Source of the DNA: an uncultured Spirochaetota bacterium
GTDB lineage: Bacteria; Spirochaetota; Spirochaetia; SZUA-6; Fen-1364
Length of the DNA: 64,000 nucleotides
NCBI GenBank assembly: GCA_963781885.1
Contig: CAWAHW010000004.1
Location: 128,001-192,000 of the forward strand
Direction: 5' to 3'
Position numbers and translations under genes: made by a program. Positions 34,660 to 44,917 of the stretch are shown here, piece by piece (the stretch's first letter is position 1; each line of letters starts with the position of its first letter). Under the pieces are notes generated by a model that was given only the letters and a program-made list of their open reading frames with translations, was not told the origin of the DNA and ran no database searches.

Positions 34660-35168
34660 TTTCTCTCGAGCAGATCAAGCTCCTCGAAGGCAAGATCACA
34701 AAAGCCATCGAGCTCATCCGCGTCCTGAAGGAAGAGAACTCCACGCTCCGCAAGGGGCTGGAGTCCGCGCAGAAACGGATGAGGGAGCTGGAATCGCTCG
34801 TGGATGGATTCAAGGCCGACCAGAAGGAGATCGAATCGGTCATCGTGCGGACGCTCCATACGCTGGATGAGCTGGAAGAGAGCAGCATCGCGAAACGCCA
34901 GGAACGCGAGCAGGCAGGCTCCCCGGCGGCGACTGACGCAGTTTCCGCTGCTGCGCCGCGCGGCAACACGACCCTGTCGCGGCCTGTCGCGGCCGCTCCT
35001 GGCGGCATTCCGGCGGTCGCTCCTTCCGCTCCTGGCGGAGTCGGCGGCATTCCGGCGGTCGCTCCTTCCGCTCCTGGCGGAGTCGGCGGCGTGCAAGGAC
35101 CCGCATCGGGCGCTGCCCCGCATGAGGCTCCACCCGCGCCGACAAAGGAAGAGCTGGATATCTTCTAG
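34656..35168 (+). CDS. ZapB-like coiled-coil protein with Pro/Ala tail
   Basis: LEQIKLLEGKITKAIELIRVLKEEN coiled coil, upstream of zapA; tail carries a 14-aa duplication. Confidence 0.65.
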   Translation: MISLEQIKLLEGKITKAIELIRVLKEENSTLRKGLESAQKRMRELESLVDGFKADQKEIESVIVRTLHTLDELEESSIAKRQEREQAGSPAATDAVSAAAPRGNTTLSRPVAAAPGGIPAVAPSAPGGVGGIPAVAPSAPGGVGGVQGPASGAAPHEAPPAPTKEELDIF

Positions 35169-35174
35169 GCATTC

Positions 35175-35501
35175 ATGGAGAAGCGGCAGCTCCGGATAGA
35201 AGTCCTGGGAACCTCGTTCACAATCCAGTCGAGCGAAAGCCCGGAGCAGCTTGCCCGCCTTTCATCCTACGTCAAAGCCCGCATCGAGGAAGTGAAGAGT
35301 CGCTACGCTTTTGCCGATCCGCTCACCGTCGCGGTTCTTGCGGCGCTCAATATCGCGGATGAGCTTTTCAAGACGCGCGACGGCCGCGACACCGATTCAC
35401 AGGGCGAAGAGATCGAAAACGTCGCCGAGCGGCTCATCAATCGCATGGACGACGAGCTGCTCGACCACACGCCTTTCGACGACGACATCCTGCCGCGGTA
35501 G
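35175..35501 (+). CDS. zapA: Cell division protein ZapA
   Basis: IEVLGTSFTI...AVLAALNIADEL. Confidence 0.85.
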   Translation: MEKRQLRIEVLGTSFTIQSSESPEQLARLSSYVKARIEEVKSRYAFADPLTVAVLAALNIADELFKTRDGRDTDSQGEEIENVAERLINRMDDELLDHTPFDDDILPR

Positions 35502-35504
35502 CCG

Positions 35505-36518
35505 CTACTTTCCGTCATCCCCGTATCGACAGCCTTCCCTGCCCACCACGCGGGCGGCGAGCGCGTTCGCAAGCCGGGCGCAGGAGCGCGCGTCGGCGCC
35601 GGCAAGGTGACCGTAGAGGAAGCCCGCGGCGAAGGAATCACCGGCGCCGGTCGTGTCGACGACTTTCGCCGGCACGCCCGGCTCCAAATCGACCGCGCCG
35701 TCGTGCGCGACGATGCATCCCTTCCCGCCCACCTTCATGACCGCGATCGGCGACATCTTCGCGGCGACGCCGACGCAGTCCTCGTCGCAGGAGCCGCCCG
35801 TGAGCAGGGAGAGCTCGTCCTGGTTGCCGAAGAGGAGGTCCACCCTGCCGGGAATCCACGCGCGGAACTGCTCCCCGTAGCGGCGGACGGCGAAAGGATC
35901 GGCAAGGTCGAAAGCGACAGGGATGCCGCGCGCGCGCGCCAACGTGACGGCGCTTTCCGCGGCCCGGCGCTGATTCTCCGTGTCCCAAAGATACCCGGTG
36001 AGATAGAGCATGCGCGAGGCGGCCAGAAGACGCGTGTCCAGGTCGGACGACTGGAAGTCGCGACAGGCGCCGAGAAAGGTATTCATCGTGCGCTCGCCTT
36101 CAGGTGTCACGAGGATCACCGATGTCCCCGTCGGGGTCTCCTTGCGCACGAGCGCGACGGCGACGCCGGCCTCGACGATGAGGGAGGAGAACTCGTCTCC
36201 CCGGTCGTCGGCTCCGACCGCGCCGTTGAACACCGGTGCGGCGAGCGCGCCGTCCGCGCCCGGCGAGTTGCCGAGGATTCCGCGGCGGAAAGCGCGGCCG
36301 TCCGGGCCGGAAAGCCACGCGATGCCGCGCGCCATGTTCGCGGCGCTCCCTCCCGGCATCGTGCGGATGGAGCCCAGCTCGCGAAGCAGCGCGAGGATCT
36401 CATCGTAGTCAACCAGGTGCATCGTCCCGGGGACCTTCGAGAATCGCGTCAGGAAGGCATGATCCACGTGCGCGATCACGTCCATGAGGGGGTTCTCCAC
36501 TGCGTACACGGAATGCAC
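35505..36518 (-). CDS. PfkB-family carbohydrate/adenosine kinase
   Basis: NPLMD, PGGSAAN, ERTMNTFLGA, VDTTGAGDSFAAGF; GTG start with AGGAGG RBS. Confidence 0.88.
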   Translation of the reverse strand: MHSVYAVENPLMDVIAHVDHAFLTRFSKVPGTMHLVDYDEILALLRELGSIRTMPGGSAANMARGIAWLSGPDGRAFRRGILGNSPGADGALAAPVFNGAVGADDRGDEFSSLIVEAGVAVALVRKETPTGTSVILVTPEGERTMNTFLGACRDFQSSDLDTRLLAASRMLYLTGYLWDTENQRRAAESAVTLARARGIPVAFDLADPFAVRRYGEQFRAWIPGRVDLLFGNQDELSLLTGGSCDEDCVGVAAKMSPIAVMKVGGKGCIVAHDGAVDLEPGVPAKVVDTTGAGDSFAAGFLYGHLAGADARSCARLANALAARVVGREGCRYGDDGK

Positions 36519-36532
36519 CGAGGCGCCTCCTG

Positions 36533-36689
36533 AAATGCCACCGCCTACGGTGGCCGCAAATGCCACCGCCTACGGTGGCCGCAAATGCCACCGCCTACGG
36601 TGGCCGCAAATGCCACCGCCTACGGTGGCCGCAAATGCCACCGCCTACGGTGGCCGCAAATGCCACCGCCTACGGTGGCCGCAAATGCC
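36533..36689 (+). repeat. 6.3 x 25-bp perfect tandem palindromic repeat (REP-like family)
   Basis: AAAT-GCCACCG-CCTA-CGGTGGC-CGC units at 36533+25n, no spacers. Confidence 0.92.
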
Positions 36690-36750
36690 TTCAATTGACA
36701 GGCGCGACGGCGCCGACGTATAGTTCCCATACTAAGGAAGCGATGCCGTC

Positions 36751-37704
36751 ATGTCCATCGTCACAAGCCAGCAGCTGGCACGCTACTACGAGCAGTTCAA
36801 GAGCACGGACGTCACGTTCAACAAGCAGGTCATCGCTGCCACGGGGCTCGTGAGCCGCAGCGTCTACCTGAAGATTCAGGATCGCCAGATCCCGTGCATC
36901 GTGTTTTCCAGCTCCATGTCCTCCGCCCGCGTCATCGCGAGCGTGAGCGCGACCATGATCGCGAGCCTGACAAAAGACAACAACCGCGTCGCCCTGCGGT
37001 GGTGCTTCAAGCAACCGGACAAGGTGGAGCCGATCACCTTCTTCGTCACCTGCCACCCCGCGGGATTCACCCACTACGCCGTCCAGGGTCCCGACGTGCA
37101 TTTCATCTCGCTGGAGTTCACGCAGCGCCCGCCGGACGACCTGATCCAGATCGTCGGAACGCTGCTGGAGGCGACGGCGAACGCGCAGCGCCGCAAGGAC
37201 GAGCGGATCATCATCAACCCCGAGACGATGAAGAAGCTGGGGCTGGAGACGCGGGAGGCGGCTCTCCTCCTGGGCGGCGCGACAATCCGCTGCGTGCTGC
37301 GCGACCTCTCGTTCAGCGGCGCCAAGGTGGTGGCCTCGGGAAATCCCGCCGCGTTCAACGGAAAAAAGGCGAGCCTTCGCATTGCGCGCGGGGAACAGGC
37401 CGGTGAGATGACCCTGCCGGGATCCATCCGCCGTGTGGAAGAGGTCGGGGGCCGCAAGGACATCCTGGCCGTCAGCATCGAGTACGACGGGGAATCCCCG
37501 ATGACCTACAAGCTCCTCATCAACTCGTATATCGCATCGGCGCGGAAAGCGTCACAGGACGCGCAGAAAAGGGCCGCCGAGCAGGCGGCCGCGCCGGCGG
37601 GTAAAAAGGACGCGGCTCCCGCCGCTGAGGGCGCTCCCGCGCCCCTTGCGGAAGGCGCGAAGACGACGGATCCCGCGGCGGGTGACAAAACCCCGGATGG
37701 ATGA
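36751..37704 (+). CDS. PlzA-like PilZ-domain c-di-GMP receptor
   Basis: RRKDER (RxxxR) and DLSFSG (DxSxxG); TTGACA-18-TATAGT promoter at 36695-36724. Confidence 0.8.
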   Translation: MSIVTSQQLARYYEQFKSTDVTFNKQVIAATGLVSRSVYLKIQDRQIPCIVFSSSMSSARVIASVSATMIASLTKDNNRVALRWCFKQPDKVEPITFFVTCHPAGFTHYAVQGPDVHFISLEFTQRPPDDLIQIVGTLLEATANAQRRKDERIIINPETMKKLGLETREAALLLGGATIRCVLRDLSFSGAKVVASGNPAAFNGKKASLRIARGEQAGEMTLPGSIRRVEEVGGRKDILAVSIEYDGESPMTYKLLINSYIASARKASQDAQKRAAEQAAAPAGKKDAAPAAEGAPAPLAEGAKTTDPAAGDKTPDG

Positions 37705-38810
37705 TTCGGCGCGACTGGCGAACGTCGCATTCGTCTCCATCGCCCAGACCCGGCAGAGGCAGATCGGAGATTTCGTGCTCGACCCGGACATCCTCCTGCC
37801 CGTCGAGCTTCCGCCGGGCACGGAGTCCATTGCCGGCCGGGGACCTGAGCTGGGAGGCGATCGTTGCCGGCACCCTCAAGGTGCTCGCGTGGGACGCGGG
37901 CAATGCCCACGCCGACTACTACCGCCGGTTCGTGCTCGCCGTGAAGCCGGAGATCCGCAAGGAGTTCACGCACGCCGGCATCCTCAAGGCGCGCAACGGC
38001 GAAGCGGACGCGGCGATAGAGATCTTCAAGGCCATGGAGGGCCTTTTCCCGGACGATCCGGTGACCTTGATGAACCTCGCCCTGGCGTACGAGGAGAGAG
38101 GCCGGCAGCTCGAGAAGCTCGATCGGGACGAGCAGGCGGAAGAGATGCAGGCCCAGGCATTCGAGGCGTACAAGGCCGCGCTCGCCGCCGACCCGACCGA
38201 GCCCACCATCCACTACAATCTGGCCTACTTCTACCTGCACCAGCGCTCGTTCGAAAAGGCCCGCGAGCATCTGCAGGAGTACGCACGCGCCGGCACGGAT
38301 GAAAGACGCGTCCGGGAGGCCCGACGGCTCATCAGCGAGATCGACGACCAGGGGCTCATGGACGGGCTCTTCCAGGGCGCGTTCGACAGCATCCGCATGG
38401 GAAAGGAGCAGGAGGGGATCGACCAGATCACGCGATTCCTCTCGACCCGTCCCACGGTTCCCAACGCGTGGTTCCTGCTCGGCTGGGCCAACCGCAGACT
38501 CGGCCGCTACGCGGAGGGTCGCGACGCGTTCCTGAAGGCACTGGAGCGGGGATCGCCGCACGCGGACCTCCTGAATGAGCTCGCCATCTGTCTCATGGAG
38601 CTGGGAGAGCTTGCGCAGAGCCGCGCGCGCCTGGAAGAGGCCCTCGCCCTCGAGCCGGAAAACACGAAGGTCATCTCCAACCTCGGGATCCTGTCCCTGA
38701 AAACCGGCGATCGTGACGATGCGCTGGGTTTCTTCCGCACGGTGCTTGAAATCGAGCCCGAGGACCGCATTGCCGCCCGCTATATACAGGAACTCGGCAA
38801 AAAAGAATAG
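37697..38810 (+). CDS. TPR-repeat protein, frameshift near 37835
   Basis: MDDSARLANVAFVS..LDPDILLPVELP joins LSWEAIVAGTLKV...; many TPR motifs. Confidence 0.75.
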
Positions 38811-39015
38811 AAAAAACCGCTCAAGTCTCAACTTCGCCCTGTCGAAAAAATGACTGGGGGTAGCTCCGGCCGCTCGCCACGGCCCCTCCCTCTTCCCGCT
38901 ACTCTGTGTATCGGCCTGCCTGGAAGGTCGGTCAAGGGAAATCGGAAACGAGGAGAAGGACCGCCGGGCATCGGCGCAACCACCGTTGCCGTGCCGGTGG
39001 CACGGCGGGTGAGAA

Positions 39016-39037
39016 TCCCGGGCATGGATGCCCGGGA
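39016..39037 (+). promoter_or_regulatory. Putative CsrA-binding hairpin in the first flaB leader
   Basis: TCCCGGGCA-TGGA-TGCCCGGGA; second GGA in the RBS. Confidence 0.65.
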
Positions 39038-39064
39038 AGGGCACTATTCGTCAGGGAGGATGAC

Positions 39065-39925
39065 ATGATCATCAATCACAACATGAGCGCGATCTTCGCC
39101 GATCGTCAGCTGAAGCTGAACAATCAGGCTCTCGACAAGAACATGGAGAAGCTCTCGTCGGGAAGCAGGATCACGCGCGCGGGCGACGATGCGTCGGGTC
39201 TGGCCGTCTCGGAAAAGATGCGTTCCCAGATCCGCGGCCTGACCCAGGCCAGCGCGAACGCCGCCAACGGCATCTCCTTCATCCAGACCACGGAGGGCTA
39301 CCTCCAGGAGTCGCAGGACATCATCCAGAGGCTGCGCGAGCTGTCCGTGCAGTCGGCCAACGGCGTCTACACCGACGAGGACCGCATGCAGATCCAGGTC
39401 GAGGTCTCCGCCCTGGTCAACGAGGTGGACCGCATCGCCTCTCATGCCCAGTTCAACGGCATGAACATGCTCACGGGACGCTTCGCGCGCGAAGCCGGCC
39501 AGAACGTCGTCACCGCCTCCATGTGGCTGCAGATCGGGGCCAACATGGACCAGCGCACGCGCGTGTTCGTCGGCACGATGACCTCCGAGGCGCTGGGCAT
39601 CCGCAACGTCGGCAGCAAGGCGATCATCTCGCTGTCCACCCCCGACGGGGCCAACAGGTCCATCGGACAGTTGGACGTGGCGTTGAAGACGATCAACAAG
39701 CAGCGGGCGGATCTGGGCGCCTACCAGAACAGGCTGGAGTACGCGGTGAAGGGCCTGGACATCGGCGCGGAGAACCTCCAGGCGGCCGAGTCGAGGATCC
39801 GCGACGCGGACATGGCCACCGAGATGGTGGACTACACGAAGAACGCCATCCTCACCCAGGCAGCCACCGCCATGCTCGCCCAGGCGAACACGAAGACCAG
39901 GACGGTGTTGCAGCTGCTCCAGTAG
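39065..39925 (+). CDS. flaB: Flagellar filament core protein FlaB
   Basis: MIINHNMSA...[22 protein letters not shown]; spirochaete FlaB signature. Confidence 0.95.
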   Translation: MIINHNMSAIFADRQLKLNNQALDKNMEKLSSGSRITRAGDDASGLAVSEKMRSQIRGLTQASANAANGISFIQTTEGYLQESQDIIQRLRELSVQSANGVYTDEDRMQIQVEVSALVNEVDRIASHAQFNGMNMLTGRFAREAGQNVVTASMWLQIGANMDQRTRVFVGTMTSEALGIRNVGSKAIISLSTPDGANRSIGQLDVALKTINKQRADLGAYQNRLEYAVKGLDIGAENLQAAESRIRDADMATEMVDYTKNAILTQAATAMLAQANTKTRTVLQLLQ

Positions 39926-40072
39926 TGGAGTACATTGGATGACTGGCTCAGCCATTGACGCGCGCATCCGTGCGTGTCGTGGCTGAGCGTTTTGCACTTG
40001 GTTCTTTGACAAAAGCACCCTCCTGCCGGTGCCGCGGAATCACACGGAATGCCCGCGCCGCGCGCCGGTCAA

Positions 40073-40246
40073 AAATGCCACCGGTTACGGTGGCCGCAAG
40101 TGCCACTGGGTACAGTGGCCGCTCGTGCGTGTGCCAAGAAAAAGGAAACCAGGACCTCGAAGGGACGCCGCAAATGCCACCGGTTACGGTGGCCGCAAAT
40201 GCCACCGGTTACGGTGGCCGCAAATGCCACTGGTCACAGTGGCCGC
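40073..40246 (+). repeat. Two clusters (2 + 3 units) of the 25-bp REP-like repeat
   Basis: AAAT-GCCACCG-GTTA-CGGTGGC-CGC and variants GCCACTG-GGTA/GTCA-CAGTGGC. Confidence 0.88.
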
Positions 40247-40361
40247 GGATGGTCGCCCGGGGATGCGGGTTTCCTTGTTGCTCGGGAAAAGGGGAACGGT
40301 GAAAGGGACGCGCGAGTCCCTTCCGTGAAGAATCCCGACAGCACACGGGGCAGAAGCGTCG

Positions 40362-40421
40362 TCAAACGGCACGTCACAGGGCCGACGAAGCGACGTGAAG
40401 CCCGGAGGCACGGATGCCTCC
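40362..40421 (+). promoter_or_regulatory. Sigma28-like promoter and CsrA hairpin of the second flaB
   Basis: TCAA-N15-GCCGACGA (40362-40388); GGAGGCA-CGGA-TGCCTCC (40404-40421). Confidence 0.6.
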
Positions 40422-40442
40422 CACGAAGGCAAGGAGGGTCAC

Positions 40443-41285
40443 ATGATCATCAACCACAACATGAGCGCTCTGTACGCGAACAGGCAGGTCAAATTCAACG
40501 AGATTGACCTGAACAAGGACATCCAGAAGCTGTCCACCGGGATGCGGATCAACAGCGCGGGCGACGACGCGTCGGGTTTGGCGGTGTCGGAAAAGATGCG
40601 CTCGCAGATCCGCGGGCTCAACCAGGCGGAGCAGAACATCGAGAACGCGGTGTCCTTCATCCAGACGACCGAAGGCTACCTGAGCGAGACCCAGGACATC
40701 ATGCACCGGGTCCGTGAGCTGGCTGTCCAGTCGGCGAACGGCATCTACACGCAGGAAGACCGGATGCAGATACAGGTCGAGGTTTCGCAGCTCGTCGACG
40801 AGGTCAACAGGATCGCGTCCCATGCCCAGTTCAATGGCATGAACATCCTCACCGGTCGCTTCGCGAACCCCGCGGGGGGCGGCACGGCGACGGCAGAGAT
40901 GTTCTTCCAGGTCGGGGCGAACATGGATCAGCGCAAGCAGGTGTTCATCGGCACCATGACGGCGGCGGCACTCGGGCTCAAGGGGATTTCGATCTCCACG
41001 CCCGACAAGGCGAACGCGGTCATCGGAACCGTGGACAACGCATTGAGGACGGTTTCCAAGCAGCGCGCCGATCTCGGCGCCTACCAGAACCGTTTCGAGA
41101 TGGCAGCCAAGGGTGTCTCGGTCGCGGCCGAGAACATGCAGGCCGCGGAGTCGCTGATTCGCGATACAGACATGGCGGCACAAATGGTCGACTATACGAA
41201 AAACGCAATCCTGATGCAGTCAAGCACTGCGATGCTGGCGCAGGCCAACCAGAAACCAAGGACGGTCCTGACGCTTCTGCAGTAG
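40443..41285 (+). CDS. flaB: Flagellar filament core protein FlaB (paralog)
   Basis: [10 protein letters not shown]...[21 protein letters not shown]...[11 protein letters not shown]. Confidence 0.95.
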   Translation: MIINHNMSALYANRQVKFNEIDLNKDIQKLSTGMRINSAGDDASGLAVSEKMRSQIRGLNQAEQNIENAVSFIQTTEGYLSETQDIMHRVRELAVQSANGIYTQEDRMQIQVEVSQLVDEVNRIASHAQFNGMNILTGRFANPAGGGTATAEMFFQVGANMDQRKQVFIGTMTAAALGLKGISISTPDKANAVIGTVDNALRTVSKQRADLGAYQNRFEMAAKGVSVAAENMQAAESLIRDTDMAAQMVDYTKNAILMQSSTAMLAQANQKPRTVLTLLQ

Positions 41286-41635
41286 GCGACCCATCAGGTT
41301 TCGAACCGTTCCCGACGGAAGAGGCTTCTGGACGTCGCTTCTTCTGTGCTGTGCGGCGGGGACAAAGGGAGGTCGCGCACTCCCTCCCCTTCTTTTCGCC
41401 CGTTTGCGGGCGAAAAGACGGCGGCAGCGCTTCCGCGCTGGCGCGGGTTTGTTTGCGCAACAAACAGCGAGAGCCCAGTCGGTACCCCGACAAAAAGACG
41501 CGGGCGGGCCCTTCACATACGAAGGGCGAAAGCCCGCCGGTGAGATACATTGGGGAATGGCGGCGGAGCCGCCATCCATGGACGCCTTGCGCGTTCCAGG
41601 CGCGCCGGGAAGGCACGTACACGGAGGTACGAGGC

Positions 41636-41980
41636 ATGGCAATGGAAATACCGGGGATTCTGAAGACGAACCCCGTCCAGGACGTGCTCCTGAAGGAGGC
41701 GCGGGTGTTGCCCGATCGGCAGCGGCAACCCGAGCAGGCGGAGCAGCGCACGATCTCGCGGCAGGAGATCGAAAGCCAGGCAAAGGCCCTGGAAAAGACG
41801 TTTCTCGCGTTCAACCGGAGGGTGGAGCTCTCTGTCAACGACACCATCAACCAGGTCATCATCAAGGTGGTCGACGCGGAAACCGATAAGGTAATCAAGG
41901 AGATTCCTGCCGAGGAAATCCAGCATCTCATCGCCCGGATCAAGGAGACGATTGGCCTTCTGGTCGATGAAAAGATCTGA
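41636..41980 (+). CDS. flaG: Flagellar protein FlaG
   Basis: VIIKVVDAETDKVIKEIPAEE...GLLVDEKI; lies between flaB and fliD. Confidence 0.88.
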   Translation: MAMEIPGILKTNPVQDVLLKEARVLPDRQRQPEQAEQRTISRQEIESQAKALEKTFLAFNRRVELSVNDTINQVIIKVVDAETDKVIKEIPAEEIQHLIARIKETIGLLVDEKI

Positions 41981-42015
41981 AATCGACGACTCGGGAGGAA
42001 AAATCGGCATGCGCC

Positions 42016-44046
42016 ATGTCTGACCTTTCCATCCCGGGCGTCACCGACAAGTACAACACCCAAAAAATCATCGATGCGCTGATGACGGCGAAGAAAGAGC
42101 CGCTCACGCGCGTGCAGAAGGACCTCGACACCCAGCAGCAGGAAAAGACCGCCTGGCAGGACGTGACGCGGCAGCTGTCCGGCCTCCGCGACATGGCGCG
42201 CACGCTGTTCGGTTTCCAAAACCCGTTCAACGACAGGGTTGCCTCCTCCGCCTCCGAGTCGACCCTCACGGCGACCGCGACGCGTCAGGCCGTGGAGGAA
42301 ACCAAGAGCATCCTCGTGAAACAGGTCGCCACGGCCGACCGGTTTCTCTCCGCGTCGCTCCCCCGCGACTTCACCGTCGACCCCGGCCAGTACACCTTCC
42401 ACGTCGGCGACAAGGAAGTCTCTCTTGCGTGGAAGGGCGGCTCCCTCAAGGCCTTCGCGGACGCGCTCACGGTGCGAGGAGCAGGCGTTCTCGCCGCCTC
42501 CGTCGTCAACGACACCACCAGCACGCAGGTCCTCCTCGTCGAGGGCAAGCTCACCGGGGGCACCAACCGGCTCACCTTTCTGGATAAGTCAGTCGATCTT
42601 GCGGTGAAAGCGGGCATGCTTCAGCGCTCCGCCACCGCGGCGCGCAGCCTGACGCTCAACCCGAGCGCCGTGGCAGCCTGGACGACTCCCCTGGCGGCGA
42701 ATGGCTTCCAGGTGCAGAACGGGACCCTTGTGGTGAACCCGGGCCAGGAGCTGAAGATACCGCTGAATCCTGCCATGTCCTTGAATCCGAACATGGTACT
42801 GGAGCTCTCCGTCAAGGTGGAGAAGCTTCCCGAGACGCCCGTGGAAGTGCCGACGCCGCCACCGGGACCGACGGTCCCCGGCACGGGCGGCATCGATTTC
42901 CAGGGCATCCATATCGAAAGCGGCACCTCCCGCGCCCCCCTGCCGGAATGGAACCCGCCGAAGCCGCCCGAAGTCGTGAATGACCTGAAGGCCCTTTTCA
43001 TGGAGGCGGACGGCAAGGTGGTCCCGCTGCCGGACGTCCCGGACAACACCGACTTCCAGAAGATACAGGTCCCAGTGGGCACGCTCGCCGCGACCCTTTC
43101 TTCCATCGACGTGCGCAACCGGAACACGTATCGCGCGATCGACATCAAAGACATCTCGGTCTTCGACAAGACACAGCGCGGCGACTACGTGCCGGCAAAG
43201 CCCTTATCGCAGTCGGGTGACGCCGTCATCTCCATGGACGGCGTCGACGTCACGCGCGGCACGAACGCGATCGACGACCTCATTCCCGGCGTCACGCTGA
43301 ACCTGAAAGCGCCCAGCGATTCGCCGGTCCAGCTTTCCATCAAGCATGACACGGAGGGCATCAAAAAGCAGATATTAAACCTCGTGGGAAGCTACGACGG
43401 CATCGTGACGGACATCGACGTACTCACGCGCAAGGATGACACCATCATCTCCGACGCCACCTGGATGAGCGATGACGAAAAGAAAAAGGCCACGGCGAAT
43501 CTCGGCCTCTTCATGGGGGACCTCTCCCTCCAGCAGCTGAAGAGCTCCATGCAGCAGGTCATGATGAATCCCTATCCCACCTCGCTGGGCAACCAGCTCT
43601 CCCTGCTTGCCCAGATCGGCATCTCCACCGACACGCGCGCGCCGGGCTCGGCGGGCATCGACAAGACGCGCCTGCGCGGGTACCTGGACGTGGACGAGCC
43701 GAAGCTCACCGACGCAATCGACCAGCACGCGGAGGCCATCAAGCAGCTCTTCGGCAACGACACGACCGGCGACCTGGTCGTGGATTCGGGCGTGGCCTTC
43801 CGGCTCGACGCGCTGCTGCGGCCCTACGTGGAGACGGGGGGCATCCTTCCCCAGCGCGCGACGACGCTCGACGAGCAGATCGCCGATTCCAAGAAGCAGA
43901 TCACGAGCCTCCAGGCAAAGCTCGATTCCGACCTTGCCGACCTGAAAAAAAAGTACGCGCAGATGGGAAGCGCCCTGGATTCACTCCAGCAGAACTCCAA
44001 TTCGATCCAGAACTTCAACAAGCAGAACAGCGCAAGCGGCCAGTAG
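42016..44046 (+). CDS. fliD: Flagellar filament cap protein FliD
   Basis: MSDLSIPGVTDKYNTQKIIDALM; N.IDDLIPGVTLNL; C-terminal KKKYAQMGSAL. Confidence 0.9.
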   Translation: MSDLSIPGVTDKYNTQKIIDALMTAKKEPLTRVQKDLDTQQQEKTAWQDVTRQLSGLRDMARTLFGFQNPFNDRVASSASESTLTATATRQAVEETKSILVKQVATADRFLSASLPRDFTVDPGQYTFHVGDKEVSLAWKGGSLKAFADALTVRGAGVLAASVVNDTTSTQVLLVEGKLTGGTNRLTFLDKSVDLAVKAGMLQRSATAARSLTLNPSAVAAWTTPLAANGFQVQNGTLVVNPGQELKIPLNPAMSLNPNMVLELSVKVEKLPETPVEVPTPPPGPTVPGTGGIDFQGIHIESGTSRAPLPEWNPPKPPEVVNDLKALFMEADGKVVPLPDVPDNTDFQKIQVPVGTLAATLSSIDVRNRNTYRAIDIKDISVFDKTQRGDYVPAKPLSQSGDAVISMDGVDVTRGTNAIDDLIPGVTLNLKAPSDSPVQLSIKHDTEGIKKQILNLVGSYDGIVTDIDVLTRKDDTIISDATWMSDDEKKKATANLGLFMGDLSLQQLKSSMQQVMMNPYPTSLGNQLSLLAQIGISTDTRAPGSAGIDKTRLRGYLDVDEPKLTDAIDQHAEAIKQLFGNDTTGDLVVDSGVAFRLDALLRPYVETGGILPQRATTLDEQIADSKKQITSLQAKLDSDLADLKKKYAQMGSALDSLQQNSNSIQNFNKQNSASGQ

Positions 44047-44056
44047 GAGGAGGGAC

Positions 44057-44917
44057 GTGCACCTGAGCATCAACGATCAGGAGGTGAGCTACTCCCTGGA
44101 GACGGAGAAGACCCTCGGGGAGGCGGTCCGCGGCGTGCGGGCGTGGCTCGCCACGGCGGGCTTTTCCGTGACGGGCATGAGCGCGGACGGACGCGACCTG
44201 CTTGCCGGCGGCGATGACGCCTGGGCGCGGCAGGAAATCGCCGCCGTGAAGACGCTTTCCGTACGCGCGACGCACACGGGAGAGATGAAGCTCGCCCACT
44301 GGCGGACAATCGATGCGTGGCTCTCCATGATCGAGACGGAAGCGAGGGGGGTCACGCACGGCGACGGTATCGTCATGCGGGACCTGCTTTCCGATCTGCC
44401 CCGGACGCTGGAGGGCTTCCGCGCGAACCCCTTTCTGCCGCCGGGCTCCGACCTCGTGAAGCGATTCGAATCGCTCTTCGCGGACCCCGCCGCCGCGTTC
44501 TCTCCGGAGCGCCGCGCCGAGGCGCTCACGCTGGTCGGCGCGCTCCGCGCCGCGGTCAAACGGCGCATCGAGGAAGCCACTCATTCCGCGGAGACCCTTT
44601 CCCGCTGCGCGGCGCGGATGCGGGAGACCGTCGCGGCCCTGCGCGACGTCTCGGTGTTGCTCCAGACGGGCAAGGACAAGGCGGCGATGGACGCCGTGAT
44701 CGGGTTCACCGACGTCGCCCAAGCGGTGATCGACGTCCTGCCCTTCTGCCCGCCGGATCCCGGGCGCGCGCGCCTCATCGCGGAGCTCACCCCCATCCTG
44801 CGCGACCTCGTGGCCGCCTTCGACGCGCGGGACACCGTGCTGATCGGCGACCTCCTGGAATATGAGATCGCCCCGCGCGCGGAAAAACTGGCCCCGCTCC
44901 TGGAGGCTTCCCCATGA
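44057..44917 (+). CDS. Hypothetical protein in the flagellar operon
   Basis: AGGAGG RBS, GTG start; C-terminal D.VLIGDLLEYEIAP motif; coupled to neighbours. Confidence 0.7.
   Translation: MHLSINDQEVSYSLETEKTLGEAVRGVRAWLATAGFSVTGMSADGRDLLAGGDDAWARQEIAAVKTLSVRATHTGEMKLAHWRTIDAWLSMIETEARGVTHGDGIVMRDLLSDLPRTLEGFRANPFLPPGSDLVKRFESLFADPAAAFSPERRAEALTLVGALRAAVKRRIEEATHSAETLSRCAARMRETVAALRDVSVLLQTGKDKAAMDAVIGFTDVAQAVIDVLPFCPPDPGRARLIAELTPILRDLVAAFDARDTVLIGDLLEYEIAPRAEKLAPLLEASP

Noticed and set aside
35501-35520. 6S RNA after zapA
   Set aside because: A convergent gene ends 3 nt later, leaving no room
36533-36689. CRISPR array (also considered for 34181-34269 and 40073-40246)
   Set aside because: Units are head-to-tail with no unique spacers and there are no cas genes in the window
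38821-38848. Sigma28 promoter for the first flaB (TCAA-N16-GTCGAAAA)
   Set aside because: Spacing is off by one and the -10 match is weak; not called
41400-41600. c-di-GMP riboswitch upstream of flaG
   Set aside because: GNRA-capped hairpins are present (GGGCGAAAGCCC) but I could not find the class I or II consensus arrangement
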